NCBI GenBank assembly: GCA_963842885.1
Contig: CAWJIE010000002.1
Location: forward strand, 96,001-160,000
Source: an uncultured Nitrososphaerota archaeon
GTDB lineage: Archaea; Thermoproteota; Nitrososphaeria; Conexivisphaerales; DTJL01
Direction of reading: 5' to 3'
DNA: 64,000 nt
Part shown: positions 9,507 to 18,811 of the stretch, piece after piece
Numbering within the stretch: position 1 is the stretch's first letter
Layout: every line of letters begins with the position of its first letter
Position numbers and translations under genes: made by a program
The notes under the pieces: model-generated
Seen by the model: the letters and a program-made list of their open reading frames with translations, nothing else
What the model was told of the DNA's origin: nothing
Database searches by the model: none

Positions 9507-10370
9507 ATGAACCACAAGGAGGAGCTGATGGTAGCCGCTGCACTCATTTTGACGGCTACAGCTTCCTTCCTGGTCGTCTGGGCGTATTATGGCCCAAGCA
9601 GCCACCCAGCGACCGGCATCTGTGGCGCTGGTATGGAAGTGAACATCAGCTCCACGAAGTATTGCGCCCTCGATGTAACGGCCGATTCAGAGATTCTCGT
9701 AGAGGGAGGCTACACTAGGCTGACGCATCCCGTCGTCTATATGGGAGTCAATTTCACGACGTCCTGCGGAAACGGTGAACGGTGTGGAAACATCGGGTGC
9801 CCACCGTCCAACACAACTTGCGTAGCGATGACTCTGGGCGCTATTAAACTGAACATGGTATTCTCCGACGGCACTAACGAGACTGTGAATGCGGTCATAG
9901 GCGACTCTATGCCAGGACCAACGCTGTCTCAGCATTCCAACCCGAGGGCGGGCTTCGAGATGGAGGGACCTTATACCTCTCCGAAGCTTCTTCTCCTGGT
10001 TCAGGAAACGGCGCCTTCAAGTGGGCAACCATCAGGAGTGCTCTACGACGTGACCTTCCAGCAGGACGGAGCGTGTTCTCCCGAAGTCTGGGTAGGTACT
10101 TGGTCCGTGACAGTCGGGAATCAGACCATAGTGCTACCGCAGGGCACGCCACTACCGCTGGACGACCATAGCTGGGCGAGCACGCAGAGCCAGAGCCTCT
10201 CTGCCATCACCTTCGCCCTCCCTGATGGGTCCTACACATATCAGGTTCATCCTTCGGACGGGTTCGGCGGCTTGCAGAACCCGGGTGTCGTGGAGGTCAG
10301 CGGAAGGAACGTCGTGATTCACATCTCTCCTGTGTTTTTGTGCACGACTACAGTGGCCGTGACTCCTTGA
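9507..10370 (+). CDS. Secreted Cys-containing hypothetical protein
   Basis: N-terminal TM; C-terminal VTFQQ.G..WSVTV..ITFALPDGSYTY domain typical of archaeal surface proteins. Confidence 0.78.
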   Translation: MNHKEELMVAAALILTATASFLVVWAYYGPSSHPATGICGAGMEVNISSTKYCALDVTADSEILVEGGYTRLTHPVVYMGVNFTTSCGNGERCGNIGCPPSNTTCVAMTLGAIKLNMVFSDGTNETVNAVIGDSMPGPTLSQHSNPRAGFEMEGPYTSPKLLLLVQETAPSSGQPSGVLYDVTFQQDGACSPEVWVGTWSVTVGNQTIVLPQGTPLPLDDHSWASTQSQSLSAITFALPDGSYTYQVHPSDGFGGLQNPGVVEVSGRNVVIHISPVFLCTTTVAVTP

Positions 10371-10384
10371 GCCAATAATCAGGC

Positions 10385-10455
10385 CGTGGGCTTGGACCTG
10401 CGAAATGGGCTGGCTCGTTCATCTTTGTGTCATTGAAAACAATAGGTTAATTGAA
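10385..10455 (+). repeat. Module A+C composite
   Basis: cgtgggcttggacctgcgaaatgggctggctcgttcatctttgtgtcattgaaaacaataggttaattgaa, about 15 bp after a stop codon. Confidence 0.92.
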
Positions 10456-10605
10456 TGGGGAAAGGGTCGACCAGCTGTCACGGAGTAGATTCCCAGGTGG
10501 CAACTGTTGGTCAAGTCAGAGCGGGAGATGGTACGCCTGCTGAGGACCCCTCCAAATTCAGCTCAGGCATCCACCCCGAGCAAGGGGACTAGCTGAGCGC
10601 GAGCA

Positions 10606-11880
10606 TCAACTGAGAGTGAAACGCGTCAAGTATGCGAGAACTAGAGCGCCGGCCGCGCAAAGGATGGCGGCGTACGTGAAGGCCACCGCAGGCGAAATCA
10701 GGGTCCAGAGCAGGCCGACGACGAAACTGGACGTGAAGTCGCCTATGCCGTTCACCGTCTGAAGGAGGCCGTAGCCCGTGCCGCGCACGTCCGAGGGAAG
10801 GAGGTCGGCGGCTGCCGCTCCCTCGACCGTGTCCGTGATGGCGTTGAAGAGGCCAGCCAGGGCGAACGTCGGAACGAGCAGCAGGAAGTCTCCCGTAAGG
10901 TAGGCCGCCAACACGGATGCCGCGGCCGAGATGATGTATCCGGCAGCGAGGACCCTCCTCCTCCCCACCCTGTCGCTGATGACACCGACGGGGACGCAAG
11001 CGGCCGCGTAGACGAGGTTCAGCAGGGTGTACAGGCCCACGGCGACGACACCGGCTGAGACTACCCCCATCCTCGGTGAGAGGACCTCCTGGGCCCTCAG
11101 CGTGAACAGGCTGTTGGCGAAGTTGCCCAAGCCGAAGACTCCCACCCCGAGCAGATAGAGCTTGAAGGGCCTCGGCAGTCCCTTCAGCGAGGCGATGAAG
11201 CCCTTGTCCTGCGTTCCGACGGGGCCGGACGGCACCCTCTTCGGCCTGTTCTTGATCTCCTTCACCAGCAGGAGGACTACAAGGAAAGCCATTAGCCCGG
11301 GCACGAACGATATGAAGAACACGTCTCTGTAGGAGAAGAACTGGATGAAGACCAGAGCCAACGCCGGACCCAGCGTGGCCCCAATGGTGTCCAAGGCTCT
11401 TTGGAAGCCGAAGGCCGTCCCTCGCACATCCGCCTCGACCGACTCGGAGAGAAGCGCGTCCCTGGGAGGCCCCCTGGCCCCTCTGCCCATCCACCCCAAG
11501 ACCCTTAGAACCAAGACCTGAGGCCACGTTATGGCAAGGCCTATCGCCGAGATCAACGCCCCGGTCACGGCATATCCCAGATTCATGACCGGCTTCCTCT
11601 TGCCGCTCCTGTCGCTCAGGTATCCGGAGAACGACTTGGTGAGGCTGGAGAACCCGTCAGAGGCACCCTCTATGAGGCCGAGCACACCAGGGCCGGCCCC
11701 CAGCTGGACCGTCAGGAAGAGCGGCAGGATGGCCGTGGCCATCTCGTGGCTCGCGTCGCTGAGGAGGCTTGTCAAGCTGATGTAGAACACGTTCTTTGTG
11801 AGCCAGCGTTTTCGCGACAGGAAGCCGTGAGGAGAGGACAACTCAATCAGTCCTCCGGTTCCGGGAGCCCGCATCTGCAC
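10606..11880 (-). CDS. MFS transporter
   Basis: GYLSDRSGKRK and GVISDRVGRRR MFS motif A; about 12 TM. Confidence 0.92.
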   Translation of the reverse strand: MQMRAPGTGGLIELSSPHGFLSRKRWLTKNVFYISLTSLLSDASHEMATAILPLFLTVQLGAGPGVLGLIEGASDGFSSLTKSFSGYLSDRSGKRKPVMNLGYAVTGALISAIGLAITWPQVLVLRVLGWMGRGARGPPRDALLSESVEADVRGTAFGFQRALDTIGATLGPALALVFIQFFSYRDVFFISFVPGLMAFLVVLLLVKEIKNRPKRVPSGPVGTQDKGFIASLKGLPRPFKLYLLGVGVFGLGNFANSLFTLRAQEVLSPRMGVVSAGVVAVGLYTLLNLVYAAACVPVGVISDRVGRRRVLAAGYIISAAASVLAAYLTGDFLLLVPTFALAGLFNAITDTVEGAAAADLLPSDVRGTGYGLLQTVNGIGDFTSSFVVGLLWTLISPAVAFTYAAILCAAGALVLAYLTRFTLS

Positions 11881-12166
11881 CTACGGGTCCTGATTTGTCT
11901 TGGAAGAGAACCACTGACCGCACGGGTTCAAGGTATTTCTTCACTAATTCATCATCCTTAGCTTCGGTGGTTGAGTCGGCTTGCGAAGATGAACCAAGCA
12001 GCTTTCTTAAGGTTTCGTTTTCCCTCTTGAAGGCGTTGAGCTTCATGGCCACGGTCTTGCATCCGTTGTACTTCGAGTAGTATTCAAACTTTAGAGAAGC
12101 CAGGGGAGAACCAATCCTGGCATGCCGCGCCCGCAGCTCCTGGAATCGCTCGTCAAAGGCGCTCAC
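11843..12166 (-). CDS. Hypothetical protein or gene fragment (coiled-coil)
   Basis: 107-aa ORF with plausible composition and no recognised family. Confidence 0.35.
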   Translation of the reverse strand: MSAFDERFQELRARHARIGSPLASLKFEYYSKYNGCKTVAMKLNAFKRENETLRKLLGSSSQADSTTEAKDDELVKKYLEPVRSVVLFQDKSGPVGADAGSRNRRTD

Positions 12167-12403
12167 TCTTCAGAGGGAGCGTGGGGTTCCTTGCAGGGCT
12201 AGGGCTCATGTCTTACTACCTTCAAGACTGGTTGACCGTCGTGATGGTGGTGGTAGCAATATGCCCCGCCGCGTACCTGTAGTTAAAAGAATGAGATTTC
12301 TTCGGTTCCGTCAAGTCTGAGGGCTTCCCCACAAGCTGTCAAAAGTCGGTGTCAGGCGCGAAGGTGTATATCTGTCATCCCATGAATCGAAAGGTGAGAA
12401 GGC

Positions 12404-12652
12404 ATGAAAAGAAGGGCGGCTTGGTCATTGAGGGCTATTGTCATCGGAATTGGCAGCGCGTGGGTGGTTGTGGGGTTCCTATGGTTTGCTGCTACGGGCG
12501 CATTTTCCGGGCAACTGTCTACAGTCCCGATTGTCACTCCGATTCTCAGACCGGTCTCGATACTGATGATGCTCGTCGGTGCATTCGTCATAGCTATTGG
12601 ATTGCTGATGGCGCGAACATCTAAACCCGTCGTAACACGAAGTGGAGGGTGA
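12404..12652 (+). CDS. Small two-TM protein
   Basis: Two hydrophobic helices; stop about 14 bp before module A. Confidence 0.6.
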   Translation: MKRRAAWSLRAIVIGIGSAWVVVGFLWFAATGAFSGQLSTVPIVTPILRPVSILMMLVGAFVIAIGLLMARTSKPVVTRSGG

Positions 12653-12665
12653 GAGAGCTCGAAAT

Positions 12666-12732
12666 GTGGGCTTGGACCTGCGAAATGGGCCGATTCAGGT
12701 TTAGGTTTGCCCAAGCTGTAGTTTAGGCAAAC
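12666..12732 (+). repeat. Module A (12666-12691) plus module F (12705-12732)
   Basis: gtgggcttggacctgcgaaatgggcc then GTTTGCCCAAGCTGTAGTTTAGGCAAAC. Confidence 0.88.
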
Positions 12733-12802
12733 AGTAATTGCACCTTCAGAAGAGTGCGCGTCATGCAAAAGGCGTTTTAAGAGGGGTGGTCATCGTTGAC
12801 TA

Positions 12803-13414
12803 ATGAATCGACTGGCCTGGGGAGTCATTGCTTTGGGGACCGGCTTGGCGGGGTTCCTCGTGGTGGCTTTCGCTTCGCCTCTTTTCGTTACGCGGCGCAC
12901 GCAGGGAGGCGGAGGAATGATGGGCGGGTCCGGCATGAATGGGAACCTTGTTGGGATGATGACTTGGTGGTTCCAAGCCGGAAACGGAGCCTACTCATAT
13001 CCCTCGGGACTCTGGCTCCTCCCTGTCGCCCTCCTTCTGTTGATGGTGATTGGAATCATCATAGTGGGCTATCAGGCGATCCTACCCGAAATCAAGAGCC
13101 CACCCGCCTCAACCACACTCATATCACCGGCTCAGCCCGTTTCACTCCAGGCGAACCAGGCTCCTGCTGCCTCACTTGAAGCGGTGCTTCGGACTCTCAG
13201 ACCGGACGAGAGGAAGGTATTCGATGTCCTCCTGACGCATGACGGACGATACCTCCAGAAGCTCCTGAAATCCGAGACGGGCCTCAGTCGGCTCCAGGTT
13301 CATAGGGTGGTTTCACGCCTAGTTGAGAGGAACTTGATTACAATGAAGGCAGTAGGGAACACCAATGAGATATCAATAGCAGGCTGGGCGTTAGGGGATA
13401 AGAAAGAACCGTAG
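12803..13414 (+). CDS. Membrane-bound winged-HTH regulator with Gly/Met-rich loop
   Basis: Two TM around GGGMMGG; C-terminal LRPDERKV..YLQK..TGLSRLQVHRVVSRL HTH. Confidence 0.82.
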   Translation: MNRLAWGVIALGTGLAGFLVVAFASPLFVTRRTQGGGGMMGGSGMNGNLVGMMTWWFQAGNGAYSYPSGLWLLPVALLLLMVIGIIIVGYQAILPEIKSPPASTTLISPAQPVSLQANQAPAASLEAVLRTLRPDERKVFDVLLTHDGRYLQKLLKSETGLSRLQVHRVVSRLVERNLITMKAVGNTNEISIAGWALGDKKEP

Positions 13415-13425
13415 AGGGGAAGGTT

Positions 13426-13752
13426 TCACGGCAGCGCCGTCTGGTTGAAGAAGCCCGCCATGGCGTTCCTGCACCACGTGAGCATGTCGCCGAAGTCCCA
13501 CGTTGAAGTGGCGTTGGAAGTGCCGCTGGGAGAAGCCCTCAAGCCCATCATCCCACCCATCATCCCTCTTCCCGTCTGAGATCCACCGCTCTGCCCACCT
13601 GCAGACGACCCCATCATCCCGCCCCTCTGATAGGAGGCGTTAGAGGAGGAAGTCGTCGTCTGGGCGAACGCGGCTACTCCGAATAGACCCGCCACTACAA
13701 GCAGGCCTGCTATCGCAAGCGCTTTCCAACTGTTGGTCATTTGATTAGACAC
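13426..13752 (-). CDS. Small exported GGMMG-rich protein (possible metal binder)
   Basis: Signal peptide and RGGMMG / GMMGGMMG repeats. Confidence 0.7.
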   Translation of the reverse strand: MSNQMTNSWKALAIAGLLVVAGLFGVAAFAQTTTSSSNASYQRGGMMGSSAGGQSGGSQTGRGMMGGMMGLRASPSGTSNATSTWDFGDMLTWCRNAMAGFFNQTALP

Positions 13753-13790
13753 CGGCTATTATGAGGCATCGCAAGGGGTATAACACTTGG

Positions 13791-13848
13791 CTGAAACGGT
13801 TCTCACTGTCAAGATGATACGTTCCTGATACGGTTCCTGAAACAGTTC
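13791..13848. promoter_or_regulatory. Tandem 12-bp direct repeats (putative operator)
   Basis: CTGAAACGGTTC, ATGATAC-GTTC, CTGATACGGTTC, CTGAAACAGTTC just upstream of a minus-strand TTATA box near 13780. Confidence 0.6.
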
Positions 13849-13857
13849 ATGCTTCGC

Positions 13858-14511
13858 CTACCCTGCGTACAGGACATAAATGCCCACAGCAGCGATTACG
13901 AAGCCCACGAGCGCGTAGTTATACTTCGGAGGAACCCTTGCGAATACCTCCGATAACCCCTTCGACCCCACCAGTACCAGTAGGGTCAGCGAAAGGATCG
14001 AACCGGCGGCGAATACTATGGCAGTGTCTATTGCTAGACCAAGTCCCATTGGTACGGCCAGCAGGAAGATGGGCAAGATGCTCAGGTCAGGCGAAAGGGC
14101 TCCCCCAAGGACCGCGAAGTATCCAACGCCCCTTCCACCTCTCCTCCCTATTCTAGCTCCCTCCTTCTCGGCCTCCTTCTGGTAGTCCTCCTTGTGATTG
14201 GAGACGATAGTCCACACTCCGTAGAATGCCCCAGCCAAGAGCATCACACCCCCTATGGCCGTAGTCAGGTATTCAGATACTGCTCGGGTGAACACTACTC
14301 CCAGAAGTACGACGGCGAATCCGAGCGCAACGGAAAGGACGACGTGACCAAAGGCAGTCACCAAGCTGACCGCCATAAGCCTGGACGTGCTCCACTTGGA
14401 AGTCTGAGCTAACATGCAGAGGGTAACCCAATGGTCAGGCGCTGACATGTGCAGCACGCCGACAAGGGCGGCTGCAGCCAGAAGCGGGAGTACTGCGACC
14501 AAGACAACCAT
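13858..14511 (-). CDS. Putative Ni/Co transporter-like membrane protein
   Basis: LHMSAPDHW motif in TM1 and GH in TM2; about 6 TM. Confidence 0.7.
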   Translation of the reverse strand: MVVLVAVLPLLAAAALVGVLHMSAPDHWVTLCMLAQTSKWSTSRLMAVSLVTAFGHVVLSVALGFAVVLLGVVFTRAVSEYLTTAIGGVMLLAGAFYGVWTIVSNHKEDYQKEAEKEGARIGRRGGRGVGYFAVLGGALSPDLSILPIFLLAVPMGLGLAIDTAIVFAAGSILSLTLLVLVGSKGLSEVFARVPPKYNYALVGFVIAAVGIYVLYAG

Positions 14512-14587
14512 CAGGGGAACGGGTTGACGCGAAACGGAAGACGGTTGCCCAAGTACTTTGCCCTACCAACGAAATAGGGTTCAGCGA

Positions 14588-14614
14588 GTGGGCTTGGACC
14601 TGCGAATGTGGCTG
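14588..14614 (+). repeat. Module A
   Basis: gtgggcttggacctgcgaatgtggctg. Confidence 0.88.
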
Positions 14615-14645
14615 ACCGAAAGGAGTTATGATGACCTTGAAACAG

Positions 14646-15818
14646 CTATCGCCGTCGCGGGATGAAAGCAAGGGTGAAGAGGGCTGCGAAGACCAGGAGG
14701 ACTCCAGCCAGAAGCCAGAAGCCGCCAACGTATCCTACCGACGTGGCGACCACGTATCCAGTCACGATGGGGCCGAGCGCCTGTCCGATGTCCATGATTG
14801 TGCCCAGGAAGCCCATCGCTGACCCCGAGGCCGAGTTATTCGAGATGTCAGAGACCAAAGCCGTTGTGGAGGATGTAGCCGTCGAGAAACCGAAGCCGTA
14901 GAGGAGGGAGGTCACCAGAAGGATGGGGAACGACGAAGTGAGAGGGATAACCAACAGGGGGAGCGAGGTCATCACCAGGCCTGCCGTTATGGGCCAGAAA
15001 CGACCGAAACGATCAGAGAGTCCGCCCATCACAGGCTTTGAGACGACGACCGTCACTATCGGCACCCCCGCGATTATTGTTATGGCCCCCACGCCCAGCC
15101 CCACCTGCTGCGCGTATGCCACCATGAAGAACTCGAAGGAGCCGTAGACGAAGTACTGCGCCCCTTCGACCGAGCTGGCCACTAGGACGTGAAGATCTCC
15201 CGCTAGGGAGCGCAGCTGGGGCCCCAAGCTGCGTCGCGGGGCGGTTGCGATGACGTCCGTCTCCCGCCAGAAGACCGCGAAGATGGCCACAAGCGTTGCC
15301 ACGCCCGCAGCGCCCACGACCAAGTACACATCGTGGTAGTCGCTGTTCGTCAGGAGGAGGATTCCCCCTCCGAGGAAGGGCGCCAGGCTCCTCCCGACGA
15401 GGGTCGACGACGAGAAGAGAGAGAGCCTCTCCGCCTTGCGCTGGGGATACCGATCCACGATCACGGCGTTCGCCACAGGGACGAAAATCGCCGTGGCGAA
15501 GCCGTGGTAGAACCTCACTATGATGAGCTCCAGAGGCGTCGTCACCAAGAAGTAGAGGAAGGGCGCCGTGGCGAAGACGATGGCGGAGAACCACATCAAC
15601 TTCCTGCTCCCTATGAGGTCGGAAAGGGAGCCCGCGGGGAGGCTCACGAGGATTCCAGGGATGGTGGACGCCGCCGCGATGAAACCCAGCATTGCTCCTT
15701 GGGCACCTAGGCTTTCAGAGAGCAACGGCAGGATGGGGTTCTTGGACATCGTCGAGCTGAGTATGGCTAGGCAACCCGCCACGCAGAAGGCGTAAAAGAA
15801 CTTGGCGTCGGCCTTCAA
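14646..15818 (-). CDS. MFS transporter
   Basis: GSLSDLIGSRK and GGLSDRFGR motifs; about 12 TM. Confidence 0.92.
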   Translation of the reverse strand: MKADAKFFYAFCVAGCLAILSSTMSKNPILPLLSESLGAQGAMLGFIAAASTIPGILVSLPAGSLSDLIGSRKLMWFSAIVFATAPFLYFLVTTPLELIIVRFYHGFATAIFVPVANAVIVDRYPQRKAERLSLFSSSTLVGRSLAPFLGGGILLLTNSDYHDVYLVVGAAGVATLVAIFAVFWRETDVIATAPRRSLGPQLRSLAGDLHVLVASSVEGAQYFVYGSFEFFMVAYAQQVGLGVGAITIIAGVPIVTVVVSKPVMGGLSDRFGRFWPITAGLVMTSLPLLVIPLTSSFPILLVTSLLYGFGFSTATSSTTALVSDISNNSASGSAMGFLGTIMDIGQALGPIVTGYVVATSVGYVGGFWLLAGVLLVFAALFTLAFIPRRR

Positions 15819-16264
15819 TTCGACGCATCCCGCTGCGCGGCCTCTGCGGTCAACTGGGCGTACAACGAGTCGAAGACCCTAAGCGCAGCGGCCACCGTCT
15901 CCTGGTCGGACTTCGATGTCCTGGCGATGCCTCTGACCACCTTGAAGACCCCCGCCGTCTCCCTGAAGCTAGTCCTCGCCGCGTCCTCCCCCGCGTCCAC
16001 TTCGTAGTCGTGTATGATCGCCCCAATCCTCAGGGCCGTGGGGTCCGTCACATGATGCTTGGCCACCAAGGCATCGTACGCTGTGGAGACCCCCTCCACG
16101 GGGTTCACCTCCGCCCCAGGGAGCACGAACGGGATCGAGCCGCTGGGCGGGACCTCGTCCCTGTTCACGAACGCGAAGGTGGCGTCAGGATCGATGAACA
16201 TCTTGATGAGCCAGGCGGAGGCGCACCTGTCCAGGTGCGGCTCGTGGCGCGTTGCCCAAAGCAA
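15815..16264 (-). CDS. Chromate resistance ChrB C-terminal-domain protein
   Basis: WATRHEPHLDRCASAWLIKMFIDPDATF matches the ChrB_C pattern. Confidence 0.8.
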   Translation of the reverse strand: MLWATRHEPHLDRCASAWLIKMFIDPDATFAFVNRDEVPPSGSIPFVLPGAEVNPVEGVSTAYDALVAKHHVTDPTALRIGAIIHDYEVDAGEDAARTSFRETAGVFKVVRGIARTSKSDQETVAAALRVFDSLYAQLTAEAAQRDASN

Positions 16265-16267
16265 CGG

Positions 16268-16699
16268 CTACACCTTCGCCGCTTTCGCCTTGAAGAACGC
16301 GTAGAGCGCATCGTATACGTAGAACTGCTTCGCCATGTTGTCGAAGTCGTCCTTGGTGATGGCCCTGAAGCCCTCCGCTATCGAGTTAAGGCCTGGTGAT
16401 TCTGGCGTGAGGTTCCTGTTGGCCGTGTCGGCCCCCCGCACGACCTTGGCGAGCTCTAGGACGGCTGGGTCCTTGACCGCGTACTTCTGAACAATCGCGT
16501 CGAAGCTGCACTGGTCTCCGTGATGCCCCAGCTCCACTCCGCTGGCGTCGTAGGGGATTGCCCCCTCACTCTTTGCCACTTCGAGGACCCTGTCGGCGGG
16601 GACGAAAAGGAACTCCGCGTCATGGTCCACGAAGTTCTTGATCAGCCAAGGGCACGCTATTCGGTCAACCTTCGCCTTCTCTCTTGTTACCCATTTCAA
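16268..16699 (-). CDS. Chromate resistance ChrB C-terminal-domain protein
   Basis: KWVTREKAKVDRIACPWLIKNFVD..HHGDQCSFDA..YDALY; likely TTG start at 16699. Confidence 0.88.
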   Translation of the reverse strand: MKWVTREKAKVDRIACPWLIKNFVDHDAEFLFVPADRVLEVAKSEGAIPYDASGVELGHHGDQCSFDAIVQKYAVKDPAVLELAKVVRGADTANRNLTPESPGLNSIAEGFRAITKDDFDNMAKQFYVYDALYAFFKAKAAKV

Positions 16700-16810
16700 G
16701 AACAGCACCAGCCTTGCCAGTAGGGCCTCTGGTATTTGACCACTGCCCCCCATCATCGCCCTCCCTGCAAGCAGGAGATCTGATTACAGCACCAATGTAT
16801 AGTCCCAGAA

Positions 16811-16861
16811 GCGAGTCCGCACCGTTGGGGATTCGCCCCTAGATGGATACCAGTCCTGTCC
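16811..16861 (+). repeat. Module D
   Basis: gagtccgcaccgttggggattcg identical to 35043-35065; stem GCGAGTCC/GGATTCGC. Confidence 0.82.
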
Positions 16862-17330
16862 GAGAAAGGATTCCTGCACTGCGAGAAATCCAGAGGATTG
16901 GCCCATCAAGGCGTGTGTATATAATCCAACACGATAGTAGATGGATTGCGAAGAACAAGGAAGAATATGGTCAAGAATAGGAGAATTTCATGGGCCCGAA
17001 GGGACGAGGACTCGTATGGGTTCGCAAATTGGACTCTTTAGTGCATGACGCAGCGGGTCCGGGAGGATTAGGGGCCGAATAGGTTTTGAAGGAGGATTCC
17101 GAATCTGGTGAGACGGCCAGGGCGCCCACCGCCATCGCAGACCTCCTGGGGAATCGGCGGCGGACACAGGTTTGTCGAAACTGTCCGAATGCAGACGGGG
17201 AAGGGACCTGACGTCCTGAGATAGTAGCCCTTTGTCCGAGAGGCTATCGGGGCAAGATGGAATCGCCATTTAGGAATCCGGCAGCCATGCCAAGTGTCAG
17301 GCACGCTGCTAAGAGGGGGACACACATTTC

Positions 17331-18746
17331 TCAATGGAAGAAGGTGGTTAGCCAGACCTGTGCCACGAGTGTGGGAAGCAGGCCACCAACCAGTCCAACC
17401 CAGAGCCACTTGAAGAACTTCATGTGGTAGTTGAACTTCTTCTCCATCATCCCCAGCGCGACGATGTTGGCCGTGCTCCCAATCATGGTGATGTTTCCTC
17501 CATAGACGCCACCGAAGAGCAGCCCCCACCAGAGGGGTGCGCCGTTGAACCCGATGCCCGATAGGCTCTGCACGACGGGTATCAGCGCTGCAACCAAGAC
17601 GACGTTGTCCAAGAGTGATGATGCCGCTGCGCTGAACCATAGGATGAAGGTCTGGATCTGGAATTGGGAGGAGGCTACCGAAGCTATCCCGCTCGCCATC
17701 CTGTCGGTCAGGCCGGTGTACTTCAAAGCGCCCGCTTTGGCGAACAAGAACATGAAGAAGACGAGCGTCCACCAGTCCACCCCTTTGTCGACGATCTCCC
17801 TGGCCTTCTCCCTCTTCCAGGTCAGCCCTATCGCTGCCCCTGTAAATGCGGCCACCAGCAGATAGGTGAATTTCTCCACGCCGAACAACAGCTCCAGCCT
17901 GTAGTGCACGGCGACCAACAGGATGGTTCCGAACAGCAGAGCACCGCTTATCTTCACGTCTCTGATCTTCCTTGGGTCTACTTGGTCGAACACGTGGAGA
18001 GTTGTAGCCCCATTCAACTTCGCTGCCACCTTAACCCTTGCCTGTTCGAGGGACCTTCGGTACCAGATCGGAAGGATGACCACGAGGATCAGCAGCGACA
18101 GGACCGCCACGGGCGTCGCCCAGACGAGGAAGTCTTCGAAGGTCAGGTTCCCTCTTAGCCCGATGAGTAGTCCCACGGGGTTGCCCAGCATAGTGGCGGA
18201 GCTCCCTACGTTGGTGGCGAGGACGGTGGATATGACGTAGGGGAGGGGGTCGAGCTCGAAGTACGAGCAGTATTCGAAGACTATGGCTATCATGAACAGG
18301 ATTGAGGTGACCTCGTCCACGAGTGCCGCCATCAACGTGGAAACCACGAGGAGAATGACCAGCACCTTCTTCGGGTCGTAATAGGCGACCTTCAGAAGCC
18401 TTCCGAGCAACCAAGAGAAGAAGCCGCTGTCTTTGGCGATGTCTACAATTATCATCATCGCCACCAGGAACGTGATGACGTCAAGATTCATGAATCGAAT
18501 CATGTGTGCAATGTCGAGAGACTGGGTCGCGAGCAGGGCGGCGATCCCAAAGAAAGCTACCGCCAACCTGAATCTCCAGAACATCAGTGTGCCCACCACC
18601 GTCGCGATGAAGACGGAACCAGCGGCAGTCTGCCTGACATCGCTCGTAGCAAACCAGAGAACTACAGCTGCTGCCGTGACGATGCCTGCGAATATGAGGA
18701 AGTCCCGACGGGTCCCCGAGGGGGCGAAGGACTCTGCTTCGGTCAT
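17331..18746 (-). CDS. ArsB/NhaD/SLC13-like (IT superfamily) permease
   Basis: ALVDEVT, TNVGSSATMLGNP and GGNITMIGSTAN motifs. Confidence 0.9.
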   Translation of the reverse strand: MTEAESFAPSGTRRDFLIFAGIVTAAAVVLWFATSDVRQTAAGSVFIATVVGTLMFWRFRLAVAFFGIAALLATQSLDIAHMIRFMNLDVITFLVAMMIIVDIAKDSGFFSWLLGRLLKVAYYDPKKVLVILLVVSTLMAALVDEVTSILFMIAIVFEYCSYFELDPLPYVISTVLATNVGSSATMLGNPVGLLIGLRGNLTFEDFLVWATPVAVLSLLILVVILPIWYRRSLEQARVKVAAKLNGATTLHVFDQVDPRKIRDVKISGALLFGTILLVAVHYRLELLFGVEKFTYLLVAAFTGAAIGLTWKREKAREIVDKGVDWWTLVFFMFLFAKAGALKYTGLTDRMASGIASVASSQFQIQTFILWFSAAASSLLDNVVLVAALIPVVQSLSGIGFNGAPLWWGLLFGGVYGGNITMIGSTANIVALGMMEKKFNYHMKFFKWLWVGLVGGLLPTLVAQVWLTTFFH

Positions 18747-18811
18747 ACCTTGGGCCGCACCCCAGACCCAGATTGGCGCTTTTGGTCAGGTTCGGCCACA
18801 GCGGCGACCAG

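Noticed and set aside
11843-12166. Possible integrase or transposase remnant
   Set aside because: No R-H-R-Y, DDE or HUH motifs are recognisable.
2991-14614. Module A series as a CRISPR array
   Set aside because: Copies are 0.6-2.7 kb apart, separated by whole genes, and change orientation; no cas genes are present.
16813-16840. Module D as a tRNA 3' fragment
   Set aside because: The reverse complement gives GGGG-CGAAT-CCCC, which lacks the full TTCGAAT T-loop; no cloverleaf.
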